A stretch of DNA of 64,000 nt from Patescibacteria group bacterium. GTDB lineage: Bacteria > Patescibacteriota > Microgenomatia > UBA10105 > UBA927. Below, piece after piece: positions 53,935 to 62,926 of this stretch. Where the stretch lies: NCBI GenBank assembly GCA_035510735.1, contig DATKGN010000013.1, positions 192,596 to 256,595 on the forward strand, in the 5' to 3' direction. The notes under the pieces were generated by a model. The model worked only from the letters and a program-made list of their open reading frames with translations, searched no databases and was not told the DNA's origin. Position 1 is the stretch's first letter; the number at the start of each line of letters is the position of its first letter. A program made the translations under genes and the position numbers.

Positions 53935-54416
53935 ACGTCCTTTCCGTTTAATGATTCCGCTTCCTGTATCGCGCGACTTTCTTCTTTTGAAAGCTCGTAT
54001 TCCTCCCCTTTACCTGCACGAATTGCCTTCACATACCATCTATTCCCGGTTCTCGCATAGAGCGACGTCATAACAATACCATTATCACCGCCATCGAGTA
54101 ATGCTAATGTAAAACTTTGACTTCCGCCGGTATCAGAAAATGGGTTAAACCGAACCAACCCGATCTTCTGAATATGCAATTTCCCATCCGATACAAGACT
54201 CTTTATCGAGCGCTCAATGTCTGCGGTTTGTTTCTGCAGCCCCTTCTGATTTTTAACAATTACTTCAAGTACTTCTTTTAATCCGTGGCTTGTAATACCA
54301 TTCGTAAGGCGGTTATAGTGGCTGATCATGCGAAACAAAACAACACTTAATACACTCAGCCAAACGATAATAAACACCCACACAAATGAAAAAAAGCCTC
54401 CGCCATTGAACACCAT
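53931..54416 (-). CDS. membrane-anchored hypothetical protein (DUF4446-like)
   Basis: N-terminal TM segment, then IGLVRFNPFSDTGGSQSFTLALLDGGDNGIVMTSLY. Confidence 0.45.
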   Translation of the reverse strand: MVFNGGGFFSFVWVFIIVWLSVLSVVLFRMISHYNRLTNGITSHGLKEVLEVIVKNQKGLQKQTADIERSIKSLVSDGKLHIQKIGLVRFNPFSDTGGSQSFTLALLDGGDNGIVMTSLYARTGNRWYVKAIRAGKGEEYELSKEESRAIQEAESLNGKDV

Positions 54417-54533
54417 TGGTATTCATCATATTACGACCATCATTGTATGATGTCAATAATATATTGCGTTTAAAGTATACCGATTTGACAAGGCTAAGTT
54501 TTCTATGCTACGCTCAGGCTCACGAGGCTAGTT

Positions 54534-54812
54534 ATGCCTAAGAAAACAAGAAGAGAAAAAATACTGGCAGAACAAAGACGAAAAGCTCCAGCGCCAGGGC
54601 GATCTTTCGCTCCTGCGACGACCCAAAGCACCACACTAGCACCCGGAACGTTTTCATTCCAAGCATCACCTCATATATCCAGTGAACGCGTCGAAAAACC
54701 CGATACTCAGGAATTATCGGTAATTCAACATGATCTTACAAAAACAATCATTCTCGCAGCAATCGCAATAGGTTTAGAACTTGGAGCATACTGGATGCTT
54801 CACGGAAAATAA
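54534..54812 (+). CDS. small hypothetical protein with C-terminal TM segment
   Basis: 92-aa ORF; basic N-terminus, hydrophobic C-terminus. Confidence 0.35.
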   Translation: MPKKTRREKILAEQRRKAPAPGRSFAPATTQSTTLAPGTFSFQASPHISSERVEKPDTQELSVIQHDLTKTIILAAIAIGLELGAYWMLHGK

Positions 54813-54844
54813 ATTAAATTTACGAGAGGAGGTGAATAACAAAT

Positions 54845-54985
54845 ATGGCAAGTATGTATTGTGTAAAATGTCGCGCGAAGAGAGAAGATCCCAACGCGGT
54901 AAAAGTTACCATGAAAAATGGTAAACCAGCAATGAAAGGTAAATGCCCGGTCTGTGGAACGGGTATGTACAAAATTGGTGGCTAA
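54845..54985 (+). CDS. 46-aa zinc-ribbon protein (two CxxC pairs; DUF5679-like)
   Basis: RBS GAGGAGG lies 8 nt before the ATG. MASMYCVKCRAKREDPNAVKVTMKNGKPAMKGKCPVCGTGMYKIGG. Absent from the ORF track because it is under 60 aa. Confidence 0.5.
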   Translation: MASMYCVKCRAKREDPNAVKVTMKNGKPAMKGKCPVCGTGMYKIGG

Positions 54986-55053
54986 GATTTTTTTGCAAAG
55001 AAATCCTGCCTCCATTGACATTTATGTCTTTGGATTTGGATAGGTATAACATT

Positions 55054-55078
55054 AAAACCCCGCTTCTGGCGGGGTTTT
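55054..55078. terminator. bidirectional intrinsic terminator AAAACCCCGCttctgGCGGGGTTTT
   Basis: Perfect 9-bp GC-rich stem flanked by an A-run and a T-run, between convergent genes. Confidence 0.7.
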
Positions 55079-55120
55079 AATGTATTTGTCATACTGTTCA
55101 ATCAGAATTGATATATAGGT

Positions 55121-56680
55121 TTAAGAATTATCTTTTGGTCTGTACTGCAACGCTTCGGCGATATGAATGACAGCAATCTCCTTTTCTCCGGCTAAATCTG
55201 CGATTGTTCTCCCCATCCTTACCATCCGGTAATAGCTTCTCGCCGATAAGTTCATTCGAGTTACCGCCTGACGTAAAAACGCTATAACTTCATCTGATAA
55301 TGGACAATTGTCATTGATCATCTTTGTGGTCATTTCGCCATTTGAATGAATACCGATACGTACAAACCGTTTCAACTGAATATTCCGTGCTTTCTGTACG
55401 CGCTGCCGTATGATGGACGACGATTCGGCCCGATCATGAGCTGTGCAGACTAGCTTATCAACATCTACTTCTGAAACATACATATGAAGATCTATTCGGT
55501 CTAACATTGGACCGGAAATTCTTTTTTGATACCGTGAAATATTCCCGGGTAAGCAATGACATATTTTTGTTTTAGAACCAAAATTACCGCAGGGACAGGG
55601 GTTTGCGGCACCGACGAGCATAAATTTTGCCGGATAGGTCACGCTGCCTACCGCGCGGGATATATGAACAATGCCATCTTCAACCGGCTGCCGTAATGCT
55701 TCTATCACATGCCGCGGATATTCAGGAAGTTCATCCAAAAACAGTACGCCGCGGTGCGCAAGGGATATTTCTCCCGGTTGCGGGCGAATGCCGCCGCCAA
55801 TGAGACCGATCCTGCTCGTTGTATGATGCGGTGCCCGAAACGGTCTATGTCGAATTATCGACTGTCCGGGAGGCAGATTTCCGGTCACAGAATAAATCTT
55901 TGTAACTTCTATGGCCTCTTGTTCAGTGAGCTCTGGTAGTATGGAGGGAAGTGCTCTCGCAAGCATCGTTTTACCCGCCCCTGGCGGGCCCTGCATGTAG
56001 AGATTGTGACCTCCAGCTGCTGCAATCTCAAGCGCGCGTTTAACGTATTCCTGACCCTGAATATCCGCCATATCAAAATCAAACTCTCTTGAATCCTCAA
56101 AACTTGAAAAAGACGTATGCTTTTGAGGAGTAATAACTGAACTTTTAGTTAAGTGGTGGAAAAGCGCTAGTAACGTCGGTACCGGATAAATATTTACCCC
56201 TTTTATAATAGATGCTTCCTTGGCATCAATCGACGGAAGATAGAGACCGTCCAATTTTTTTTCTTTCGCAAGAAGCGCAATAGATAACACACCGTTCGTA
56301 TGCCGGACACTCCCGTCAAGAGAAAGTTCGCCGAAAAAAATGTTTTGTTCGTCCGGAAGAACGAGTTGACCCGATGCAACGAGAATACCAAACGCAATTG
56401 GAAGATCATATGCGGGACCCACCTTTGGCAAATCTGCGGGAGCCAAATTTACCGTGATTCGTTTCGCCGGAAATTCAGCTCCACTGTTTTTTATGGCAGA
56501 CCTAACCCGTTCACGACTCTCCTCTACCGCCTTATCGGGTAATCCAACGATGGTAAAAGAAGGCAAACCCTGCGACGCAATATCGACCTCAACGGTTATG
56601 AGAACGGCCTCAAGACCGACGACCGCTCCTGATGTTATTTTGGCAAGCATTGTCCTTGAACATACAATACTTTTTGACAA
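55121..56680 (-). CDS. comM: YifB/ComM family Mg-chelatase-like AAA+ ATPase
   Basis: Lon-like N-domain, Walker A GPPGAGKTM, Walker B VLFLDELPE, ChlI-like C-terminus. Confidence 0.9.
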   Translation of the reverse strand: MSKSIVCSRTMLAKITSGAVVGLEAVLITVEVDIASQGLPSFTIVGLPDKAVEESRERVRSAIKNSGAEFPAKRITVNLAPADLPKVGPAYDLPIAFGILVASGQLVLPDEQNIFFGELSLDGSVRHTNGVLSIALLAKEKKLDGLYLPSIDAKEASIIKGVNIYPVPTLLALFHHLTKSSVITPQKHTSFSSFEDSREFDFDMADIQGQEYVKRALEIAAAGGHNLYMQGPPGAGKTMLARALPSILPELTEQEAIEVTKIYSVTGNLPPGQSIIRHRPFRAPHHTTSRIGLIGGGIRPQPGEISLAHRGVLFLDELPEYPRHVIEALRQPVEDGIVHISRAVGSVTYPAKFMLVGAANPCPCGNFGSKTKICHCLPGNISRYQKRISGPMLDRIDLHMYVSEVDVDKLVCTAHDRAESSSIIRQRVQKARNIQLKRFVRIGIHSNGEMTTKMINDNCPLSDEVIAFLRQAVTRMNLSARSYYRMVRMGRTIADLAGEKEIAVIHIAEALQYRPKDNS

Positions 56681-56786
56681 AAATCAGTGTTCAACCATAC
56701 ATTCATGGGTCCCGGGACGAAGCATGCATTCTACCAACAATGTACGAGATAAATCGCGGCCTTTGCAAATAAATGGTATAATTATA

Positions 56787-57331
56787 GGGCACATTGGAAT
56801 CCGAATTCTCGCTCTCCTTCGCTCTTTGCTCCGCAAAGAGCTTCGGACGAGCAAGCCCCACATATTACAAATGGCGGGCCTGCCCTCCGTAGCTCCGAAC
56901 GAAGTGAGGAGCGGAGGAGGGAGGAAAGTCCAGACAGCGGAATGCAAGGGACGGAACGTAAGTTCCGCGTCGAATCCTTCGGTGAAACTCAGGATGGCTG
57001 AGCGAAGTCGAAGGCAAGACCGGGTGTTCCGGTAACGAAAGAAACCGGAAACGACTCCCGAAATTACGGGATGAGAGAGCCACAGAGACGATCTTAGATC
57101 TGACTCATGCTTGTCATATCAATTGAATGACCAGTATGAATGGTTTAAGGGTGAAACGTTGGCAATCCCACCTGCTGCAACCGGCGAATGTCCCGCCATC
57201 ATTATGCATTCAAAATTCCGCATTTTGCGGAAGCGGGGCGAAGTTTACGGGCATCAGAGAAATGAGAATTTACCCTCCAGAGCAATCGAAGGGGAAACAG
57301 AATCTGGCTTATGAGATTCCAATGTGCACAA
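56787..57331 (+). ncRNA. rnpB: RNase P RNA (bacterial type A-like, long P3 region)
   Basis: TATAAT at 56778-56783. P1 GCACAUUGGAAUC (56789-56801) pairs perfectly with GAUUCCAAUGUGC (57315-57327). P4 strands GGAAAGUCCAGAC and ACAGAAUCUGGCUUAUGAG. GGUAACG...GAAACC, GCCACAGAGACGA and AAGGGUGAAACGUUGGCAA blocks appear in the expected order. Confidence 0.65.
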
Positions 57332-57339
57332 ATAATTCT

Positions 57340-58371
57340 TCACGTTTTTGAGGAATTTTTTGTTCGTTGCCGCAACCCGGACATGGCTGATTTTGTTACA
57401 TAATGTGTAAGCAATTCCTGGATAACTAAAGCAACAGGCACGGCGAGGATCGCGCCGACAACACCTGCAAGTCTACCACCGATTAATAATACTAATATGG
57501 TGATAATCGGGGCTAATCCAACGCTTTTGCGCATAATAACCGGAACGAGGACATTGTTTTCTAATTGTTGAACGATAATATATAACGCAATCACACTCAA
57601 TGCGAGAAACGGTGATGTTGCAAGTCCGACAATCACTGCAGGTATGGCGCCAAGAACAGGACCAATCATAGGGACTAACTCAAGTGACCCCGCGAGTATC
57701 GCAAGCGGCAACGCAAAATCAACTCTCAGAATAGATAATCCGATGAACGACATAAGTCCGACAGCCGTCATCAATAATAATTCCCCTCGTACCCATAATC
57801 CTAAGCGCCGTTCGATCGAACGAAGTAATACCATAATATCTTTTGACAGAGATTCTCCTAGCACGCTCGTAATAATCTCCTCTGCTTGGTGACGTTCTAA
57901 AAGAAAATAAAATGTGAACGCAAATACGGTTAAAAACGTTACGATATTAGAAAATATGCCGAACGTCACATTCACAAGGCTTGCTCCAATAGGTGCTATC
58001 TGCTGGCTGATTGATGAAATATTCAGATTCCCATACGGTATGATTCGACCCGCTGCTGTCGGTAGCGCCTGAATAAGTCGACCGAATTGAATAATAAGGG
58101 TGGGCAAAGCACTAATAACCGTCACGCCGAAAAACCCGAAAAGCACAATATAGACGAGAAGAATTCCCACAATTTTGGGTATATGCAATCGTTCTAAATA
58201 GGAAACAACCGGATGGATGGCGGTCATAAGGAGGAATGCGATAAAGAGCAAAAACAAAATATCCCGGATAAGCACCAGAAGCCATGCAATGACAATGAAG
58301 GATAGTGTTATTAAAATTGTTTTAATGGATATCTCTACTCGGCTGTTTATCATTCGCTTTGAGTATACCAT
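57340..58371 (-). CDS. AI-2E family transporter (PerM/YhhT-like)
   Basis: 343 aa, 7-8 TM segments, conserved C-terminal GAILAVPVALVIQEL block. Confidence 0.8.
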   Translation of the reverse strand: MVYSKRMINSRVEISIKTILITLSFIVIAWLLVLIRDILFLLFIAFLLMTAIHPVVSYLERLHIPKIVGILLVYIVLFGFFGVTVISALPTLIIQFGRLIQALPTAAGRIIPYGNLNISSISQQIAPIGASLVNVTFGIFSNIVTFLTVFAFTFYFLLERHQAEEIITSVLGESLSKDIMVLLRSIERRLGLWVRGELLLMTAVGLMSFIGLSILRVDFALPLAILAGSLELVPMIGPVLGAIPAVIVGLATSPFLALSVIALYIIVQQLENNVLVPVIMRKSVGLAPIITILVLLIGGRLAGVVGAILAVPVALVIQELLTHYVTKSAMSGLRQRTKNSSKT

Positions 58372-59345
58372 GCGTTAACTCTCTCTGCTATATCGCGCTC
58401 ATATCCCACAATTGAACTGTCATACCATATGATGGTTTTTCTTTTTTTAAACCACGTCAACTGTCTTTTCGCATAGTGCTGTTCCGCCGTCTTCCATTCA
58501 TGGATAATAGCTCCAATAAGTTTTTTTCTGTCACCAACCCTGGCTTCAAAATACGTTTTCCACTGAGAATAGCCAAGACCACTCATTGAAGGTATGTTCC
58601 AAGAATAGCCCGCTCCAAGAAGATCCTGAATCTCTCGAATAATCCCATCTTCAACCCTTGCATCCACCCGCGCATCTATCTTCTTATCTAATTTCTGCTT
58701 CGGCATTGTTAAACCGATCATAAGCACATCAGAAACTGGTATTTTGCTCACCATATAGTCCGTATTTATATTTACCTCTAGCTCGATTCTTCTCACAAGT
58801 CTCCGCGGGTTGTTCCTGTCGGAATTATTCATTGATGCCAATATCTGCGGATTTATAGTATTCAATTTCAATTGAAGTGCATCGCTCGAAAGCGTTAGCA
58901 ATTCCTCCCGTAGTTTGTCATTACGTGGAACGGATATCGTATCAGGCGGATTAAGTAAGGCATCAATATAAAATCCAGTCCCGCCAACGAGTATCGGTAG
59001 CTTACTCCGGGACCAAATGTTTTTAATAACGCTCGTCGCCAACGATTGAAAATGCGAAACGCTGAAATCTTCATTAGGGAGAACGACATCATACATCCAA
59101 ATAGGCACACCAAACATGTCATATGCAAACAATTCATAATTCTTATTTCTAAAATCAATGTTGAATTCTAAATTTTTAATTTTAGACTTTCGTGGGAGAT
59201 CTTTACCCGTTCCTATATCCATCTCTTTATACACCTGACGCGAATCAGCAGAAACAAGTTCTCCGTTTAATAACGTTGCAAGGTGAATAGCTGCTGCCGT
59301 TTTGCCGGCACCTGTGGGGCCGCAGATGACCAAAATTTTTTGCAT
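58350..59345 (-). CDS. miaA: tRNA dimethylallyltransferase
   Basis: P-loop ICGPTGAGKTAAAIHLA, DSRQVYKEMDIGT. Confidence 0.9.
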   Translation of the reverse strand: MQKILVICGPTGAGKTAAAIHLATLLNGELVSADSRQVYKEMDIGTGKDLPRKSKIKNLEFNIDFRNKNYELFAYDMFGVPIWMYDVVLPNEDFSVSHFQSLATSVIKNIWSRSKLPILVGGTGFYIDALLNPPDTISVPRNDKLREELLTLSSDALQLKLNTINPQILASMNNSDRNNPRRLVRRIELEVNINTDYMVSKIPVSDVLMIGLTMPKQKLDKKIDARVDARVEDGIIREIQDLLGAGYSWNIPSMSGLGYSQWKTYFEARVGDRKKLIGAIIHEWKTAEQHYAKRQLTWFKKRKTIIWYDSSIVGYERDIAERVNAWYTQSE

Positions 59346-59347
59346 GA

Positions 59348-60568
59348 TTAGCAGTATGTTCCGTTTCTCAAATTGGTTTTATTGATGAGTTCATCCAAAT
59401 AATCCCACCGACGTTTCTTTTCTTTATAGGAAATGTCGTCATGGTACACCTTATGCGCGGCTGTCATTTGCCGATCCGAATACATGGCAATATACGCCTT
59501 TGAAAAACCGACCTCCTTTGCAAGGGATACGGTATTTTTAAACTGCTCTTCAGTCTCCCCGCAAAAACCGACAATAATATCGGTGGAAAGAGAAACGCCG
59601 GGAATCTTTTTTTTCATTTTACCAACCAAATCCAGATATTCTTCACGCGTATACCACCGGTTCATTTTTTTTAACATATTGCTGTCTCCGGATTGCACAG
59701 GAAGATGAATTTGGCGGGATATTTTCGGATTCTGTGCAATTGTTTCGATAAGCTCATCCGAGAAATCCCAGGGATTGCTTGAGATAAAATCAATCGATTC
59801 AATGCCGTCAATTTTCGCAATTTCGGATAATAGCGTGGGAAACAATGTCGGAATCCGGAGTCGTCCTAAGTGTTTTACAAAGGTTGGTTTAATCTGTTTT
59901 CCTTTTACTTCGTACGTTGCATCACTTTTTTGTTTATTATCAAAATATAATGGTCCATCGACATCCCGCATCACCTGCACGTTTTTCTCTCCGAGAATTA
60001 AATCAGCCCCGTATGAATTTACGTTTTGCCCCACCAGTGTTATATTTTTGTATCCTTTTTCTGCAAGTTCATAACATTCCAAAAGAATATCATCGAACGG
60101 CCTGCTGATCTCCCGTCCTCGTGTGAACGGAACAACGCAAAACGTACAGAAGTTGTTGCACCCATTACTTATGGGGACCCACGCATGGACAGAATCTCCG
60201 CGAAGCGGTGCGTGATCGAAACCGACTTCTTCTATCGGTAAGAACTCATCAACCACAGGCATCTTTTTCTTGAGCAGCGCAAGCATCCTTCCTGTTTTTT
60301 CGCGCGCCGCCATGCCAACCATACAACCGGTCACGACAATCTTCATCTTCCTTCCGGCCTTTTTTTCTTTTGATAAATTGTAGACCAACCCGTATACCCG
60401 GTCCTCCGCTTTTTGCCGGATCATACAGGTATTGATGATAATATCATCGGCTTTTTGCATAGAAGGAGCTTCGGAATATCCCCGTGATTGATAATAAGAA
60501 GCAACGCGTTCGCTATCTGCTTCATTGGCCGCGCAGCCGAAGGTTTGAATAAAAAACTTCATACCCAT
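59348..60568 (-). CDS. miaB: tRNA-i6A37 methylthiotransferase (radical SAM, MiaB-like)
   Basis: N-terminal MTTase cysteines FGCAANEAD...CMIR, radical SAM CNNFCTFC, C-terminal TRAM domain; adjacent to miaA. Confidence 0.85.
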   Translation of the reverse strand: MGMKFFIQTFGCAANEADSERVASYYQSRGYSEAPSMQKADDIIINTCMIRQKAEDRVYGLVYNLSKEKKAGRKMKIVVTGCMVGMAAREKTGRMLALLKKKMPVVDEFLPIEEVGFDHAPLRGDSVHAWVPISNGCNNFCTFCVVPFTRGREISRPFDDILLECYELAEKGYKNITLVGQNVNSYGADLILGEKNVQVMRDVDGPLYFDNKQKSDATYEVKGKQIKPTFVKHLGRLRIPTLFPTLLSEIAKIDGIESIDFISSNPWDFSDELIETIAQNPKISRQIHLPVQSGDSNMLKKMNRWYTREEYLDLVGKMKKKIPGVSLSTDIIVGFCGETEEQFKNTVSLAKEVGFSKAYIAMYSDRQMTAAHKVYHDDISYKEKKRRWDYLDELINKTNLRNGTYC

Positions 60569-60746
60569 AGTTTTTTGTAAAAACCGCCGTCCCGTGTAAT
60601 CAGCGGGGCGAATGTAACAATGTGATATTTCATACCGTCAGATTGTATCATGTTGACCACCAAGAAAGGAATTAGATTGACTCGTGGGTGTCTGCCAATG
60701 TCACCTCTCCGGCAACCCACCGATGAGGCGGGAGGCGGAAGGAATT

Positions 60747-61496
60747 TTAGTCCGTCAGAACAAACTTTTCTAAAACTATCGCGACACCGTCTTCGTATAC
60801 TGTCGGCGCAATAAAATCGGCGATCGCTTTAAGTTCGGGCACAGCATTTCCCATCGCGATTTTTAACCCACACGCCATGAGGAGCGGAAAATCATTGTAC
60901 CCGTCTCCCACACCGATAATATCCTTTGTTTCAATTCCTAATATACGGGCAATTTCGACAATTCCATGGAGTTTTGATGCCTCCCTATCCGTCACATCGA
61001 TGCTCATATACCGTTTATTCCAGGCATTTAATTTCTGAACAGTAATGTTTGGAATTTTCTTAAACTCCGTCACAATGCTGTCAATCATCAGTCGATCAAC
61101 CTCTGGAAAGTAGACACTGAGAATTTTTTCCTGAATATTGTCTCCCGTATATTCGACGTCTTCGACCCCATTATATTGAATGGCTCTTAATTTATTTTTT
61201 TTTGCCGCTTCAAAAATATCTGACAAAGATTCCCGGGGTAACAATTTTTCGTATACAATCTCTTTCGTCACCGGATCATAGATCTGCGTTCCGTTCGTGA
61301 GAATACACGGACCTGATAAATCTAGGTGCGATAAAATCGGCATGGTATCAACTAACGTTCTGGCTGTTGCAACGCAAATGTGAATTCGGTTTTTTGCGCG
61401 ACCTATGGCTTGCGTAACGCGTTCACTTGGTACGCTGGATTTACCATGCGGCACAGTCGTATCATCCAAATCTAACATGATGGCTTTATACTTCAT
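60747..61496 (-). CDS. Cof-type HAD-IIB family hydrolase
   Basis: MKYKAIMLDLDDTTV (motif I) and GDGYNDFPLL (motif IV). Confidence 0.8.
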   Translation of the reverse strand: MKYKAIMLDLDDTTVPHGKSSVPSERVTQAIGRAKNRIHICVATARTLVDTMPILSHLDLSGPCILTNGTQIYDPVTKEIVYEKLLPRESLSDIFEAAKKNKLRAIQYNGVEDVEYTGDNIQEKILSVYFPEVDRLMIDSIVTEFKKIPNITVQKLNAWNKRYMSIDVTDREASKLHGIVEIARILGIETKDIIGVGDGYNDFPLLMACGLKIAMGNAVPELKAIADFIAPTVYEDGVAIVLEKFVLTD

Positions 61497-61510
61497 ATGA
61501 GGAGAAGCTA

Positions 61511-62368
61511 TTATTCTTTACCGACGATGACTTCCGTGTCGTACGATGCACTGTCTTTCAGATTGGCCGCTGAAGTACTCAGGGAGTAAGAGTCACCTAA
61601 ATCTTTTTCAAGTAAAGATATATAATCTTTTCTTGCAGCTTTAACAACGATCTGCGTTTTATCGTAATTATAATTATCTGCGTTACCTGTTCCGACCACT
61701 GTATATCCTTTACTTTCGAGAAGTGACTTCATCTTCAATGCAACTCCCGCTTTACCGCTGCCGTTTAATACCTGCACTGAGAGTGCACTTCGCAAGAGTG
61801 TTTGCGGTGTCGGCGTTGGCGTTATTTTCATGGGGGTAGGTGTCGGTGTCGGCATGGAAATAATTTTTGGGAATGAGTGGACTTTGCCTGTTATGAGAAC
61901 TAACCCGCCGCCAACAACAATACAGGCAACGATGACACCAATTGCCCACAGTATTATTGAGTTAGTAGATCGTTTTGTATGGACGGATATCTCAGGCATT
62001 ACCTGCGGCTCTCCTTCCCGTTTTTTTTCAAAAAGTTCATCAACCAATTCTTTTCTCTTTACGTCTTCGCTGTCACTCGTTGTAGAAAATGAAGCATTCG
62101 CCGAAACGGGAGTCTGTTCTGCATTTTCATGAACCGGTGTTGTATGTTCTTCCGTAAGGTTTTGCGTTTCGGTGGCTGGCGTTGGCACCGTTTCAGAAAC
62201 GCCTGCTTCGTCTGACGGAATTTCCTCAACCACTTCAACCACCTGTGTGACAACCGGTTTCTTTTCTTCTTTTGCCAAACTTTCCTCAAGTGACGGCGCA
62301 GATGCCTCAACGTGGGTCGTATGGAGCCTTGTTGTTCTTCGTTTCACTACCATAGCTATAGTGTACAC
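61511..62368 (-). CDS. LytR_C domain-containing membrane protein
   Basis: Disordered acidic N-terminus, one TM segment, PTPTPTP linker, C-terminal VQVLNGSGKAGVALKMKSLLESKGYTVVGTGNADNY matching LytR_C. Confidence 0.6.
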   Translation of the reverse strand: MYTIAMVVKRRTTRLHTTHVEASAPSLEESLAKEEKKPVVTQVVEVVEEIPSDEAGVSETVPTPATETQNLTEEHTTPVHENAEQTPVSANASFSTTSDSEDVKRKELVDELFEKKREGEPQVMPEISVHTKRSTNSIILWAIGVIVACIVVGGGLVLITGKVHSFPKIISMPTPTPTPMKITPTPTPQTLLRSALSVQVLNGSGKAGVALKMKSLLESKGYTVVGTGNADNYNYDKTQIVVKAARKDYISLLEKDLGDSYSLSTSAANLKDSASYDTEVIVGKE

Positions 62369-62394
62369 AATATTACAGCTTTTGTCATTTAGGC

Positions 62395-62430
62395 ACCAAA
62401 AAAGGAACCCCGCGAGTTGCGGGATTCCTA
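62395..62430 (-). terminator. intrinsic terminator GGAATCCCGCAACTCGCGGGGTTCC + UUUUUUU downstream of hup
   Basis: 11-bp stem immediately 3' of the HU gene on the minus strand, followed by a T7 run. Confidence 0.7.
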
Positions 62431-62451
62431 TCTTTTGGTTGTCCGATTCAT

Positions 62452-62724
62452 TTACCGGACCACTTTTTTCAAGGCTTTGCCAGCTGTAAACCCTGGGGTT
62501 TTGCGCGCTGGGATTTGGATCGGAGCACCCGTTTGCGGGTTTCGACCTGTTCGTGCTTTACGGGATCGGACCATAAATGTTCCGAATCCGGTCACGACAA
62601 CTTTATCACCTTTTTTCAGTGCATCGGTTATTGAACCGAAAACTGCTGCGACTGATTCGCGAGATGCTTTGGCGGTAAGATTCGCTTTTTTTGCAACAAC
62701 TTCAACGAGATCTGCTTTGGTCAT
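62452..62724 (-). CDS. hup: DNA-binding protein HU
   Basis: MTKADLVEVVAKKANLTAKASRESV...GFGTFMVRSRKARTGRNPQTGAPIQIPARKTPGFTAGKALK. Confidence 0.9.
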   Translation of the reverse strand: MTKADLVEVVAKKANLTAKASRESVAAVFGSITDALKKGDKVVVTGFGTFMVRSRKARTGRNPQTGAPIQIPARKTPGFTAGKALKKVVR

Positions 62725-62926
62725 GTGTGTTTCACCTCCTTTTGAGCAGAAGGATAGAATAAGCTGAAAAATTTTTCGTCCCGACCTGACGGGATCTACG
62801 AGGCAATGTAATGAATTTAGATTATTCTGTCAATATATCAAAAATCGTAAGACGTCAGTATGCTCTATTTACAGAGCAGCTCGTTACAGAGGTTACTAGA
62901 ACAATCTACTTAGACCGACAAATTTA

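Noticed and set aside
56454-57351. Plus-strand ORFs 56454..57035, 57111..57314 and 57127..57351
   Set aside because: They overlap the comM coding strand or lie inside the RNase P RNA, whose P1/P4 pairings explain the region.
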